NCBI GenBank assembly: GCA_000002435.2
Contig: CM018793.1
Reading direction: 5' to 3' (one strand)
Length of the DNA stretch: 64,000 bases
Source of the DNA: Giardia intestinalis
Lineage: Eukaryota
Shown here one piece after another: positions 21,100 through 29,250 of this stretch. Each line of letters starts with the position of its first letter. Positions within the stretch are counted from its first letter, which is position 1. Made by a program: the position numbers and the translations under genes. The notes under the pieces were generated by a model. It saw only the letters and a list, made by a program, of their open reading frames with translations. It made no database searches and had not been told where the DNA came from.

Positions 21100-22038
21100 A
21101 TGTTCGAAGAATTGAAGGAAGAGCGGGAAAAGTTCGCAGCGAAGATACAGTCTTTACAGAGGGCCAGACATGAAAGCTTAGTCCGCTCGTTCTATTCTCT
21201 CCAGCCTCAAAAGTCCCAATCCCTATCGCGACTTTATAGCCAGACAATTGAGCCGGTATTATGCAGTAAAAGCGGTGATGAGACAAGAGCAACCAACCAG
21301 GTCGATCTCCTTGCCGAGTCAATTACTGATCCAGAGAAGATATATGGTGAGAAGCTCGATAGCATTGCTAATATTACTAATGTATCACAGGATAAAGCGA
21401 GCAGCACAGTGCCTCCGGCGACCACAGCCGATAATTCATCAGAAACATATTGTTCCCCTACCACATACAATGTAATACGTAGCGGATACCAGCTGTGTGA
21501 CAGCGATAGCTCTTTCGGCAACTACAACACGATTGATGTTCTCAACCATTTAGCTGTTCACAGCCAGGCGACAAACGAAGAAAGAGACGAAGAAGTAAGT
21601 ATCCCGGCGGCTGTGCACACCCCAGTGACGCGGCACACAGAAACTGTAGCTCACCGTGTGAACGTGACCAAGAATGCCGTATCTGCGAACAAGATAGACT
21701 ATCGGCAGGCTGGGACACACACCCCTAGCAGAGATCCATCAACACAAAGTCACAAGCAAGCTAACAAGGGAACAATGACGCACAGCCTGTGTCTCAAGTC
21801 AGTCGCTATACAGGTCCATAGCCAGCCACCAAAGGCCTCCGACCACAGACAAGATGTTAAAAAGAAATTAACAGTTTCAGCCTTCGTGCACCCCATTAGA
21901 AAACAGCCCAAAATAGAGTACCACCCCGGTGCCATATCAAGCCTGGTGCATCCTGCGTATAGCTCTTCTGTGCTCCAATCATACACAGAAATATATAAAA
22001 GCCTCAGCAACACTAGCAAAGCGATACTGAGCAGCTAG
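21100..22038 (+). CDS. hypothetical protein (312 aa)
   Basis: The ATG is directly preceded by cattaaaaa. Short N-terminal helical region, then S/T/H/Q-rich sequence. No domain recognised. Confidence 0.5.
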   Translation: MFEELKEEREKFAAKIQSLQRARHESLVRSFYSLQPQKSQSLSRLYSQTIEPVLCSKSGDETRATNQVDLLAESITDPEKIYGEKLDSIANITNVSQDKASSTVPPATTADNSSETYCSPTTYNVIRSGYQLCDSDSSFGNYNTIDVLNHLAVHSQATNEERDEEVSIPAAVHTPVTRHTETVAHRVNVTKNAVSANKIDYRQAGTHTPSRDPSTQSHKQANKGTMTHSLCLKSVAIQVHSQPPKASDHRQDVKKKLTVSAFVHPIRKQPKIEYHPGAISSLVHPAYSSSVLQSYTEIYKSLSNTSKAILSS

Positions 22039-24812
22039 TAGTCCATATTCGTCAGTACATCCTCCAGGGCATTGATGAGTTGCCGTGCACCAAGGCTTGC
22101 CAGGCCAAGTGGGGTTCTGTGAGTTTCCATGTATGATATCGCCTCATTCACCATCTTCTCTATCTGCTCACTAGATTGGCACAGCGTCGTTCCTAGCAAG
22201 GCGTGATGTTGTATTAACGGGTTTGTTAGCTTAGTCTCGCTATAGTTAACGACTGTCTGCCTGTGTACCTGCTGAGTCGTGGAGACGTCCAGAGAGCCGG
22301 GATTCAGAGACACCTCTTTGGCAGTTGAGTCTCTTGCACTGTACCCGACCCCTGGTGCAAAGATCAACGAGCTCAACGGCATAGCGCTTTCTGTGTTATA
22401 ATTGATAAGCCCCTCCTGCACCACAAACTTATAGATCTTATGGATTGTGTCAACTGGTACAGGAAGGATGTCATACAGTACAAAACATTTGAACGGACGC
22501 TTCTGCGTGGTTAGATAGTAATGTATTATCGTATTTCTAAACAGGATATAGTCTTGTTCTCGTAACTTCCCATTAGACAGCTCCGATGCGAAGTAGCCCT
22601 TTTCTAGCGGATACATGATAGTTACATCTTCGAACCACTTGTTCGGTGTCACCTGGAACAAGCTTGAATAGCTAGAATGAGTACGGGGGGCTGGGCTTTT
22701 AAAGTCAAGCATGCACTCTATCTCTCCATCCAGTACCTGTCTGGCCACAATAAGCCCTGACCCGGTGTGTCCATACGCCCTACCGTCATCGGCAACCCCC
22801 GTGAATTGCGGACCAAACAAGAGGGTGTCTAGGACAGGTGGGTACTTATATTTATGGCACTTAAACTCGTCCATTATCTGTGAAACAGGGACCAGATTTC
22901 CCTGTTCATCGGGTATCTTCAAATATTTGCGCAACTCTAGCTGATTATCACTACACCGAATTATGGATAACAGTATCTTTTCGGTATCACTGTCAAAATT
23001 ACTATTATAAATATAGCTAAATGCTGTCAATAGAAAGTGCTCTTTCAAGACCTCACACTTTCGTCCCAAGAAGCGCGGGTTGCTCAAAGTCATAGTGCAC
23101 TGAGCATCGTCTAGTGCTGCCTTTGTCTGATGATCTATTAACTGGCTCAGCACTGGCGAGTCCTCCTTAGCACCTGCCAAGAGAGCATGTGGCAGGTGTC
23201 CGTTCTGCCACTTAGATGGGTCTGAGGTTGGACTGAACAGAATATCGACAACATCCTTGGTCGAAAGGACACCGTGAAATGATAACATCCTATGTTCGTT
23301 TGGAGCATCTCTAAAAGATAATGTGCCAAAAGAGAGTGTGACATTTATTTTTTCATAGTTATATGTCTCTGCATCTCTCTCGTTTATGCCTGATTGACTG
23401 TCAGCTGGACTAAGGGTATATCCTATGTTTTTCTTTAAAAGATTCAAGGAGGACTCGTACTTCTCAGGATGGGCTCGCATGTTAGTGTAGAAGTAACTAA
23501 GATTGGGGCTCGTAAACTCAATATCTCGAAAAACAAATCTACATCCTCCACAGTGGCATTCGTAGTATTTGCAAGAATTATCTGAGGGCTGTGATAAGGG
23601 CGCAGCCGCCACATTCGCTGACTCCTCGAGGGCAGCTATGGGAACGTAGGTTATGTTTTGCTCGGTATAGTCTGATAGCTCACATAGCTCATTGTAGTTT
23701 AACGAATCCAAAAGCCACTGGAGCGACAGAAAGACAACTTCAAGACACACAGACCTGGGTGAAACAGATTCATGGGTGTCTGATTGTGCGGAGGCATCTG
23801 AAGAGAAGGTGTCCAGAGCATCTATAAAGTTCTGTGCATCAATGGAGTTGTCAAAAGAGAGTAGGGCGCGGGACCCTAGAAGGGGGACTACCTCACTTGC
23901 AGTAGGCTTTACCCCCTTGGCCTCTGCAACAAGCTGCTTCTGTTCCACTGTGTCGTACGAAGGAGGAGACCGTAACATGTGCACCAAGTACTGGTCTTCT
24001 ACAAATTCCAATATGCGGAAGGAGATTCGTGAAATGGCGAGATTGTCCTGCAATCGTCCTCGTCTAGGCTGAACAATTACTTTTCGCAGCTTATCGTCGC
24101 CACTCGGAAACCATGGAGCACACAACACAAGTGGGACAGCTGAGGTAAATACTTTGCCGAGCTGGTTGCAGGAACTAAGTGAGTCATCATCCTGCTTTTG
24201 TGTCGTATCCCGATCCTCATCGTGATAGTAAATTTCGTCAGCGTGAACTGAAAAGGAATGCTTGCCTACTACTGCTACTGAAGATGGCGCAAAATAGGAC
24301 GAGATTTTGAACTTGTTACACGCCTCCCCAAGCAATCTTTTTAACTCTACTGGCATGTGAGGATCAAAGATCAAGATATATTGCTTGCCAATCCTCTCTT
24401 CATTAATAGCTGCATAACACTTCGCATAGAGCGATAGGAACTCGTCAGTTGCCATGGAGGAGATGTGCTGGTAAACAGCGTCATACCTGAGCATGATCGA
24501 TGCCTCCGATGAATGAGAGATAATCATCCGCAGAATAAGGTGAAGCGTCTTATTGCGTGTTTTAGTATTGCTTAGGAGATAATGGGGGATCTTTGTTTGA
24601 GGCTGCACCCCTGCCTTCAACCCAAGAAGGGTGTCTGCACGCTCAAAAAAACACGAAAAGATACCTGAGAGCTTGTTGGAACAGTAAGCGTCCGTAAGTT
24701 TCCGACCGTCTTCAAAGAATGAGTGCGGAAGTTGCTGAATAAATGAATGAATATATGGCTGTAATAGCGTCTCCAGATAATCTTGAGACCAAGTGGCCTT
24801 GAGAAAAACCAT
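22035..24812 (-). CDS. large protein with C-terminal SWIRM-like domain (925 aa)
   Basis: ATG at 24812 with an AT-rich upstream region. Residues ~735-806 (nt 22395..22610), YPLEKGYF...YILFRNTIIHYYLTTQKRPF...DTIHKIYKFVVQEGLINYN, fit the SWIRM pattern (Y..iRN.i...y......l.......d...i.ri..FL...GLINY). There is also a CHCGGC cluster. Confidence 0.6.
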   Translation of the reverse strand: MVFLKATWSQDYLETLLQPYIHSFIQQLPHSFFEDGRKLTDAYCSNKLSGIFSCFFERADTLLGLKAGVQPQTKIPHYLLSNTKTRNKTLHLILRMIISHSSEASIMLRYDAVYQHISSMATDEFLSLYAKCYAAINEERIGKQYILIFDPHMPVELKRLLGEACNKFKISSYFAPSSVAVVGKHSFSVHADEIYYHDEDRDTTQKQDDDSLSSCNQLGKVFTSAVPLVLCAPWFPSGDDKLRKVIVQPRRGRLQDNLAISRISFRILEFVEDQYLVHMLRSPPSYDTVEQKQLVAEAKGVKPTASEVVPLLGSRALLSFDNSIDAQNFIDALDTFSSDASAQSDTHESVSPRSVCLEVVFLSLQWLLDSLNYNELCELSDYTEQNITYVPIAALEESANVAAAPLSQPSDNSCKYYECHCGGCRFVFRDIEFTSPNLSYFYTNMRAHPEKYESSLNLLKKNIGYTLSPADSQSGINERDAETYNYEKINVTLSFGTLSFRDAPNEHRMLSFHGVLSTKDVVDILFSPTSDPSKWQNGHLPHALLAGAKEDSPVLSQLIDHQTKAALDDAQCTMTLSNPRFLGRKCEVLKEHFLLTAFSYIYNSNFDSDTEKILLSIIRCSDNQLELRKYLKIPDEQGNLVPVSQIMDEFKCHKYKYPPVLDTLLFGPQFTGVADDGRAYGHTGSGLIVARQVLDGEIECMLDFKSPAPRTHSSYSSLFQVTPNKWFEDVTIMYPLEKGYFASELSNGKLREQDYILFRNTIIHYYLTTQKRPFKCFVLYDILPVPVDTIHKIYKFVVQEGLINYNTESAMPLSSLIFAPGVGYSARDSTAKEVSLNPGSLDVSTTQQVHRQTVVNYSETKLTNPLIQHHALLGTTLCQSSEQIEKMVNEAISYMETHRTPLGLASLGARQLINALEDVLTNMDY

Positions 24813-25051
24813 GATAATTTATTTTAATTTCAGTAAGCCAACGGTGATTGCTACATGCCCCTCTGTTGCACAAATGCAGGCCGAAACAGTGTTCCTCGGG
24901 CAATGGACACGAAGAGCCCTTTTAATTTTAAAGTAATCTTCTGTGAGCACTCTGAATCATAGTCAAAGTGTGCTGGCATACAGATCCTACGAGATAAAGT
25001 GTGTTGAGAACCAATATTATTGATATTAGATTACTTAACTTAAAAAGCCGA

Positions 25052-25411
25052 ATGGAGGCCTTTGTTGATGTTCGAATGCTCGGTTTGTGGGCGTCGTCTA
25101 AGGCGGCTACATGTACTAACGAGATCTCAGAGTGCCAGGATGTCATGCACTTCCTGCTGGCAGCAGAGGAGCTACTGCTATCAGGAAAGAGTGAGCGGAA
25201 GGTTCTCGTGCACTTAGGTTGCGACGTCTACGAGCCTGGTCTTTGCGACTTAAATGGGTGGATAAAGATCCACCTCGGCGCAGGGATTGTGGTTGAGATG
25301 ACCTATGCAGAGGCCAAGAAGTATTTGACACGGCGGATTCGTGATCTTACCGATGAGATAGACGAACTTCATAAGACCATGGCTGATTGCGCAGCTTTAT
25401 GTTCTAATTGA
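25052..25411 (+). CDS. UXT: UXT / prefoldin alpha-type subunit-like protein
   Basis: The first ATG is at 25052, after cttaaaaagccga. VLVHLGCDVYEPGLCDLNGWIKIHLGAGIVVEMTYAEAKKYLTRRIRDLTDE parallels the human UXT block VDLGCNFFVD...[25 protein letters not shown] as I recall it. Confidence 0.55.
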   Translation: MEAFVDVRMLGLWASSKAATCTNEISECQDVMHFLLAAEELLLSGKSERKVLVHLGCDVYEPGLCDLNGWIKIHLGAGIVVEMTYAEAKKYLTRRIRDLTDEIDELHKTMADCAALCSN

Positions 25412-26042
25412 GACCTATCCTGTCTTATTCACTGTCTACACCTCAAGATAGCCACTTATCATTCTAGCAGCTAGAGTTCTCAACTCTCCAGTGTTATGTC
25501 CTTGTTGGATCGCCCATAACTATCTGGTGCGTTGTACCGTAGTTTTCGATGCACGTATGCAATGCAGTATCCGATTGTATCTCTATTCGGCAAACGTGAG
25601 ATGTACTTGGATTTACCCTTGAGGCAGAGTATTCATCTTATTAGACGCAACAGTGCTGCCGACCAAGCCACTGCTAGGCAGAGCACACGGCCTGTATCTG
25701 CTCATCTCGTGCTCTAGCCAGCCACCCTGCGTGAGCATCTGGAGACATGCCTGGACATATGTGTGGTATTCTGCGGTGTGTACGGTCCCGTGTCCACGCA
25801 GTAGGCCAGCCAGAGAGCGTGTGCAGGCACGCCATGTGGCACCACGTCCTTTGTGGAGCGCTGGAGGAATACACAGGTGAGGGTCTACCATCAAGATGCG
25901 GACACGTTGCTTCCTGACATGGAAGGTCAATGAGGCTATCCAGATGGCCCAGCTATGGTAGAAGGCTAGCAGATGTGATCGTATTGGCCATCAGCACTGT
26001 CACTAACACCAACATGCATGACTAATGGACCTAGCAGGGCCG

Positions 26043-26052
26043 CAATGTTGCT
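26043..26052 (+). promoter_or_regulatory. VSP initiator-type motif caATGttgct spanning the start codon
   Basis: The same 10-mer, caatgttgct, spans the ATG of the second VSP at 59356..59365. It matches the PyAatgTT initiator described for vsp genes. Confidence 0.55.
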
Positions 26053-27610
26053 ACTAGTTCTCTGCTTTTTGATGAGCGCCCTCGCCGCGCAACGCACTAA
26101 ACAACCCACATCCGACTGCGGAGTCGCAAACTGCGCCCAGTGCAACGCGGACGGCAGGACGTGTGATCAGTGCAGCGAGGGGTACAACCTCAACCAGGAG
26201 AAGACCCAGTGCACCAAGGCGTGCGCGGTCGCAAACTGCGCCCAGTGCAACGCGGACGGCAGGACGTGTGATCAGTGCAGCGAGGGGTACAACCTCAACC
26301 AGGAGAAGACCCAGTGCACCAAGGCGTGCGCGGTCGCAAACTGCGCCCAGTGCAACGCGGACGGCAGGACGTGTGATCAGTGCAGCGAGGGGTACAACCT
26401 CAACCAGGAGAAGACCCAGTGCACCAAGGCGTGCGCGGTCGCAAACTGCGCCCAGTGCAACGCGGACGGCAGGACGTGTGATCAGTGCAGCGAGGGGTAC
26501 AACCTCAACCAGGAGAAGACCCAGTGCACCAAGGCGTGCGCGGTCGCAAACTGCGCCCAGTGCAACGCGGACGGCAGGACGTGTGATCAGTGCAGCGAGG
26601 GGTACAACCTCAACCAGGAGAAGACCCAGTGCACCAAGAACCCAGAAGCGCGATGCAATACTCCCAACTGTAAGACCTGTGACAGCCCCAAAACAGACAG
26701 TGAAATCTGCACTGAATGTAATAATGGCAACTACCTCACCCCGACAAAGCAGTGCACGCAGAGCTGCGGAACAATAGGAAGCTACTACAACGGAGACAAA
26801 GTGTGCGAGCCCTGTGATCCTAGCTGTGCTGCGTGCATCACAAAGGGACCAGCGAAGTGCACGCTGTGTCCTCCCGGGAAGAGGCTCCAGTACACAGATG
26901 AAGGAGCCACTCAGAACGGCGGATCCTGCGTAGATGAGTGCAAGCCTGAAGGAGGAGCTAGCGGATGCGAGACCTGCGGAGCCACCATCGGAGGGACAAA
27001 GTATTGCTCGAAGTGCAGCACATCCACGGAGGTCCCCGTCAACGGGGTCTGTACAGCAGACAATGCCCGCGCAGCTGCGTGCAAGGTGAAAGATGGCAAG
27101 GGAGGGTGCACTACGTGTGAGAGTGGATACTTCCTCCAAGACGGCGGTTGCTACAAACTCGGTAGACAGCCCGGTGAGCAGATATGCACAGCAGCCAGTA
27201 GCGCTGGTAAGTGCGAGACGTGCGCCAATAGTCTTCAGCCCAATAATGGAGCATGCCCCTCGTGTCACTCGACCTGTAAGACATGTCGTGATGCTAATTC
27301 TGCAAATGCTTGTACAACGTGTGCAGCTGGGTACTATATGGTCGGATCAGCAGCTGGACCATGCACTTCGTGTGACAGCAACAGTGGAAGTGTCAAGGGA
27401 GTTGCTGGCTGCATGAGCTGCGCTCCTCCATCGTCTAGTACTGGCTCCGTCCTTTGCTACCTCATGAACGGTGACAGTGCCGGCGGAAGCACGAACAAGA
27501 GCGGCCTTAGCACAGGCGCCATCGCAGGCATTTCTGTCGCAGTCATCGTTGTCGTGGGGGGTCTTGTCGGCTTCCTCTGCTGGTGGTTCCTCTGCAGGGG
27601 CAAGGCGTAG
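26045..27610 (+). CDS. vsp: variant-specific surface protein (VSP) with five 35-aa tandem repeats
   Basis: Signal peptide MLLLVLCFLMSALAA, many CXXC motifs, a GGCY motif (QDGGCYKLG), and the conserved C-terminus GLSTGAIAGISVAVIVVVGGLVGFLCWWFLCRGKA. In-frame upstream ATGs at 26018/26014 are possible, but the initiator motif favours 26045. Confidence 0.95.
   Translation: MLLLVLCFLMSALAAQRTKQPTSDCGVANCAQCNADGRTCDQCSEGYNLNQEKTQCTKACAVANCAQCNADGRTCDQCSEGYNLNQEKTQCTKACAVANCAQCNADGRTCDQCSEGYNLNQEKTQCTKACAVANCAQCNADGRTCDQCSEGYNLNQEKTQCTKACAVANCAQCNADGRTCDQCSEGYNLNQEKTQCTKNPEARCNTPNCKTCDSPKTDSEICTECNNGNYLTPTKQCTQSCGTIGSYYNGDKVCEPCDPSCAACITKGPAKCTLCPPGKRLQYTDEGATQNGGSCVDECKPEGGASGCETCGATIGGTKYCSKCSTSTEVPVNGVCTADNARAAACKVKDGKGGCTTCESGYFLQDGGCYKLGRQPGEQICTAASSAGKCETCANSLQPNNGACPSCHSTCKTCRDANSANACTTCAAGYYMVGSAAGPCTSCDSNSGSVKGVAGCMSCAPPSSSTGSVLCYLMNGDSAGGSTNKSGLSTGAIAGISVAVIVVVGGLVGFLCWWFLCRGKA
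26123..26638 (+). repeat. perfect tandem repeat, 105-bp unit x 4.9, in frame inside the VSP
   Basis: Unit gtcgcaaactgcgcccagtgcaacgcggacggcaggacgtgtgatcagtgcagcgaggggtacaacctcaaccaggagaagacccagtgcaccaaggcgtgcgcg starts at 26123, 26228, 26333, 26438 and 26543. I saw no mismatch between copies. It encodes (A)CAVANCAQCNADGRTCDQCSEGYNLNQEKTQCTK. Confidence 0.95.
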
Positions 27611-27616
27611 ATGTGT

Positions 27617-27631
27617 ACTTAGGTAGTAAAC
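27617..27631 (+). terminator. VSP 3' motif plus poly(A) signal ACTTAGGTAGTAAAC
   Basis: It begins 7 nt after the stop. The identical 15-mer follows the other two VSP copies and contains the AGTAAAC poly(A) signal. Confidence 0.8.
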
Positions 27632-28664
27632 GCGTCATTGTGTGTGGCTTATATAAATGTGCTGCTGGGGCTATCTGAGCGTGGCCCAGAGGTCGTGCGG
27701 GTGAGCCCGCTCCTTCCTGGCCAGTCCAGGAACGATGGCTGGTTTTGGATGATATAATAGGGATCTCCCTTCACTTGTATACCAGGAGTCTTTTGCGTCC
27801 CTCAGTTGTTCCGCAGAGGTGTGCTCAGTTCGAGTGTGCGCGTCGCTCAGCCCAGGATTCAACTTACTTGTCCATCTGCATTGTCCACCATTGGTGCCAC
27901 TTCTTGGTCTACCGCTCTGATGCCGGAGGGTCCCAGTAGTTGATGACCCTGGACTGACGCCTCGACAGACCGAAGCATCAGCCCAAGTGTGCTGTGCAGT
28001 GCAGATGGACCAGCCCACACGTCACTGAGCCAGACGCACTGCACAGGGTGAGCGTCGACACGGTCTCGTACTGGATGACGGACCACCTGCAAGAGCGCAC
28101 TGCGATCCATGAGCAGAGGACCATACTTCTCCCCCGATACCAACGCATAGGAGCTGTCCGCCGGCATCCACGAACGCGTACTATGACTCCAAGATAGAGG
28201 CGCACGGGGAGCATACCCTCCGATCATACTCGGAACCGATGATCGCTTCATGGGGAGACAAAGAGGTGCCCCGAGGAACGGGATAGGCACCCGAGGTCGT
28301 GGCGTGCGATCTTCGTCACGGAGCACCAGGGCCACGTGGAGGCCAGGCTGCTGTGACCGACGGTAGCCCCGAGACAACAGGTGCTCACTAGATATCAGAC
28401 GATGGTTGACCCCGACGGGCCAGAGGATGGGAGGAATCTAGAGGCACCGCGAGGAGCGGCAGGTCCCGGGGGAGACAGGATATAGGAGTTCTCCCGCCGG
28501 GATCGAGGGCATCCGACTCTCGGATTTCTGATCTCAGCTATTGTATGAGCGAGAGGCTTGCCCAGGGCGGCAATGGCTCGCATGAAAAGACCACTCCGGT
28601 AGCAGGCGACAACCCCGCCTCATTAAAATTTACTCTTCCCTAACCTCGTCTCTCTAGATATCTG

Positions 28665-29219
28665 ATGGTAGGCCCATTTGACAGTCTTGCAGATGCATTA
28701 ATACGACAGATGAACCTCCAGTTGGAGGACATGCGGCACAATGGAGAATACTCTCTCCTTCTAAGGATCATTCGGGGCCAGACCTCATTAACAGACAGAG
28801 TTGCCAAGAACCAAGAAGCACTATCTGTTGCCCGGAAGAAAGCAGGGGCAATTTTGACTGTATCACGACCTAAGCCACAAACTGACCCTGGATTTATTCA
28901 GAGAACGCAAAAAGCCCTTGAAGAAACACAGGACGCTATCCAGGAGACTCAGCGAAATATAGAGCGTCTCGAAGCCCAGCTAAAAGATGTTACTGCCAAG
29001 ACTGCAAACAAGGATGAATTACGACGTGCTGCATTGACTCTAGCAGACAGAGAAAATGCGGGTAGGGAGGAGCTCGTTGAACTTTATCACAGCATATCGG
29101 GAGTACACTGGGATCAGCCCGACTTGGGATATGTGCTTAGCGAGGAGATTGCAAAACCCATCCGTTTCAGCTCCTGTGTCGATGCCACCAACCAGCTCTG
29201 GGAAATGATTAACATGTAG
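28665..29219 (+). CDS. SPC24: kinetochore NDC80-complex subunit Spc24-like
   Basis: 184 aa with an N-terminal coiled coil. C-terminal ELYHSISGVHWDQPDLGYV...IAKPIRFSS...ATNQLWEMI parallels human SPC24 QLYHQVSKIEWDYE...VAQPIHLDS...ISDYLWSLV as I recall it. Confidence 0.55.
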   Translation: MVGPFDSLADALIRQMNLQLEDMRHNGEYSLLLRIIRGQTSLTDRVAKNQEALSVARKKAGAILTVSRPKPQTDPGFIQRTQKALEETQDAIQETQRNIERLEAQLKDVTAKTANKDELRRAALTLADRENAGREELVELYHSISGVHWDQPDLGYVLSEEIAKPIRFSSCVDATNQLWEMINM

Positions 29220-29250
29220 TGACTACATTCACTTCTTACTATGGCTCCGG

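Noticed and set aside
26123-26638. CRISPR-like regular repeat array
   Set aside because: The 105-bp units are directly adjacent with no spacers, lie in frame inside a VSP coding sequence and encode a CXXC module. This is a protein tandem repeat, not a CRISPR.
26054-27268. 404-aa antisense ORF and 204-aa alternative-frame ORF (26163..26777) overlapping the VSP
   Set aside because: They are by-products of GC-rich, repeat-containing sequence, and their translations are R/A/L/G-rich repeats of the same period. The sense frame has all the VSP hallmarks.
28200-28420. Possible homology between the far flank of the first VSP (ccccgagacaacaggtgctcactagatatcagacg) and the inverted-pair spacer (~62140-62175, ccccgagggcacagcaactgagatatgagtgacc)
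   Set aside because: The similarity is short and patchy and could be chance in GC-rich sequence. It needs a real alignment before being claimed as a repeat family.
27671-28583. ORFs of 115, 172, 78 and 62 aa on the minus strand downstream of the first VSP
   Set aside because: They are overlapping, GC-rich, R/P/S/G-rich translations with no recognisable motif. Treated as non-coding VSP flank. I also looked here for a reverse-complemented copy of the VSP 3' motif, as a relic of a lost inverted partner, and found only weak matches (gaggtcgtg at ~28296, ctcagctattg at ~28538), which are not convincing.
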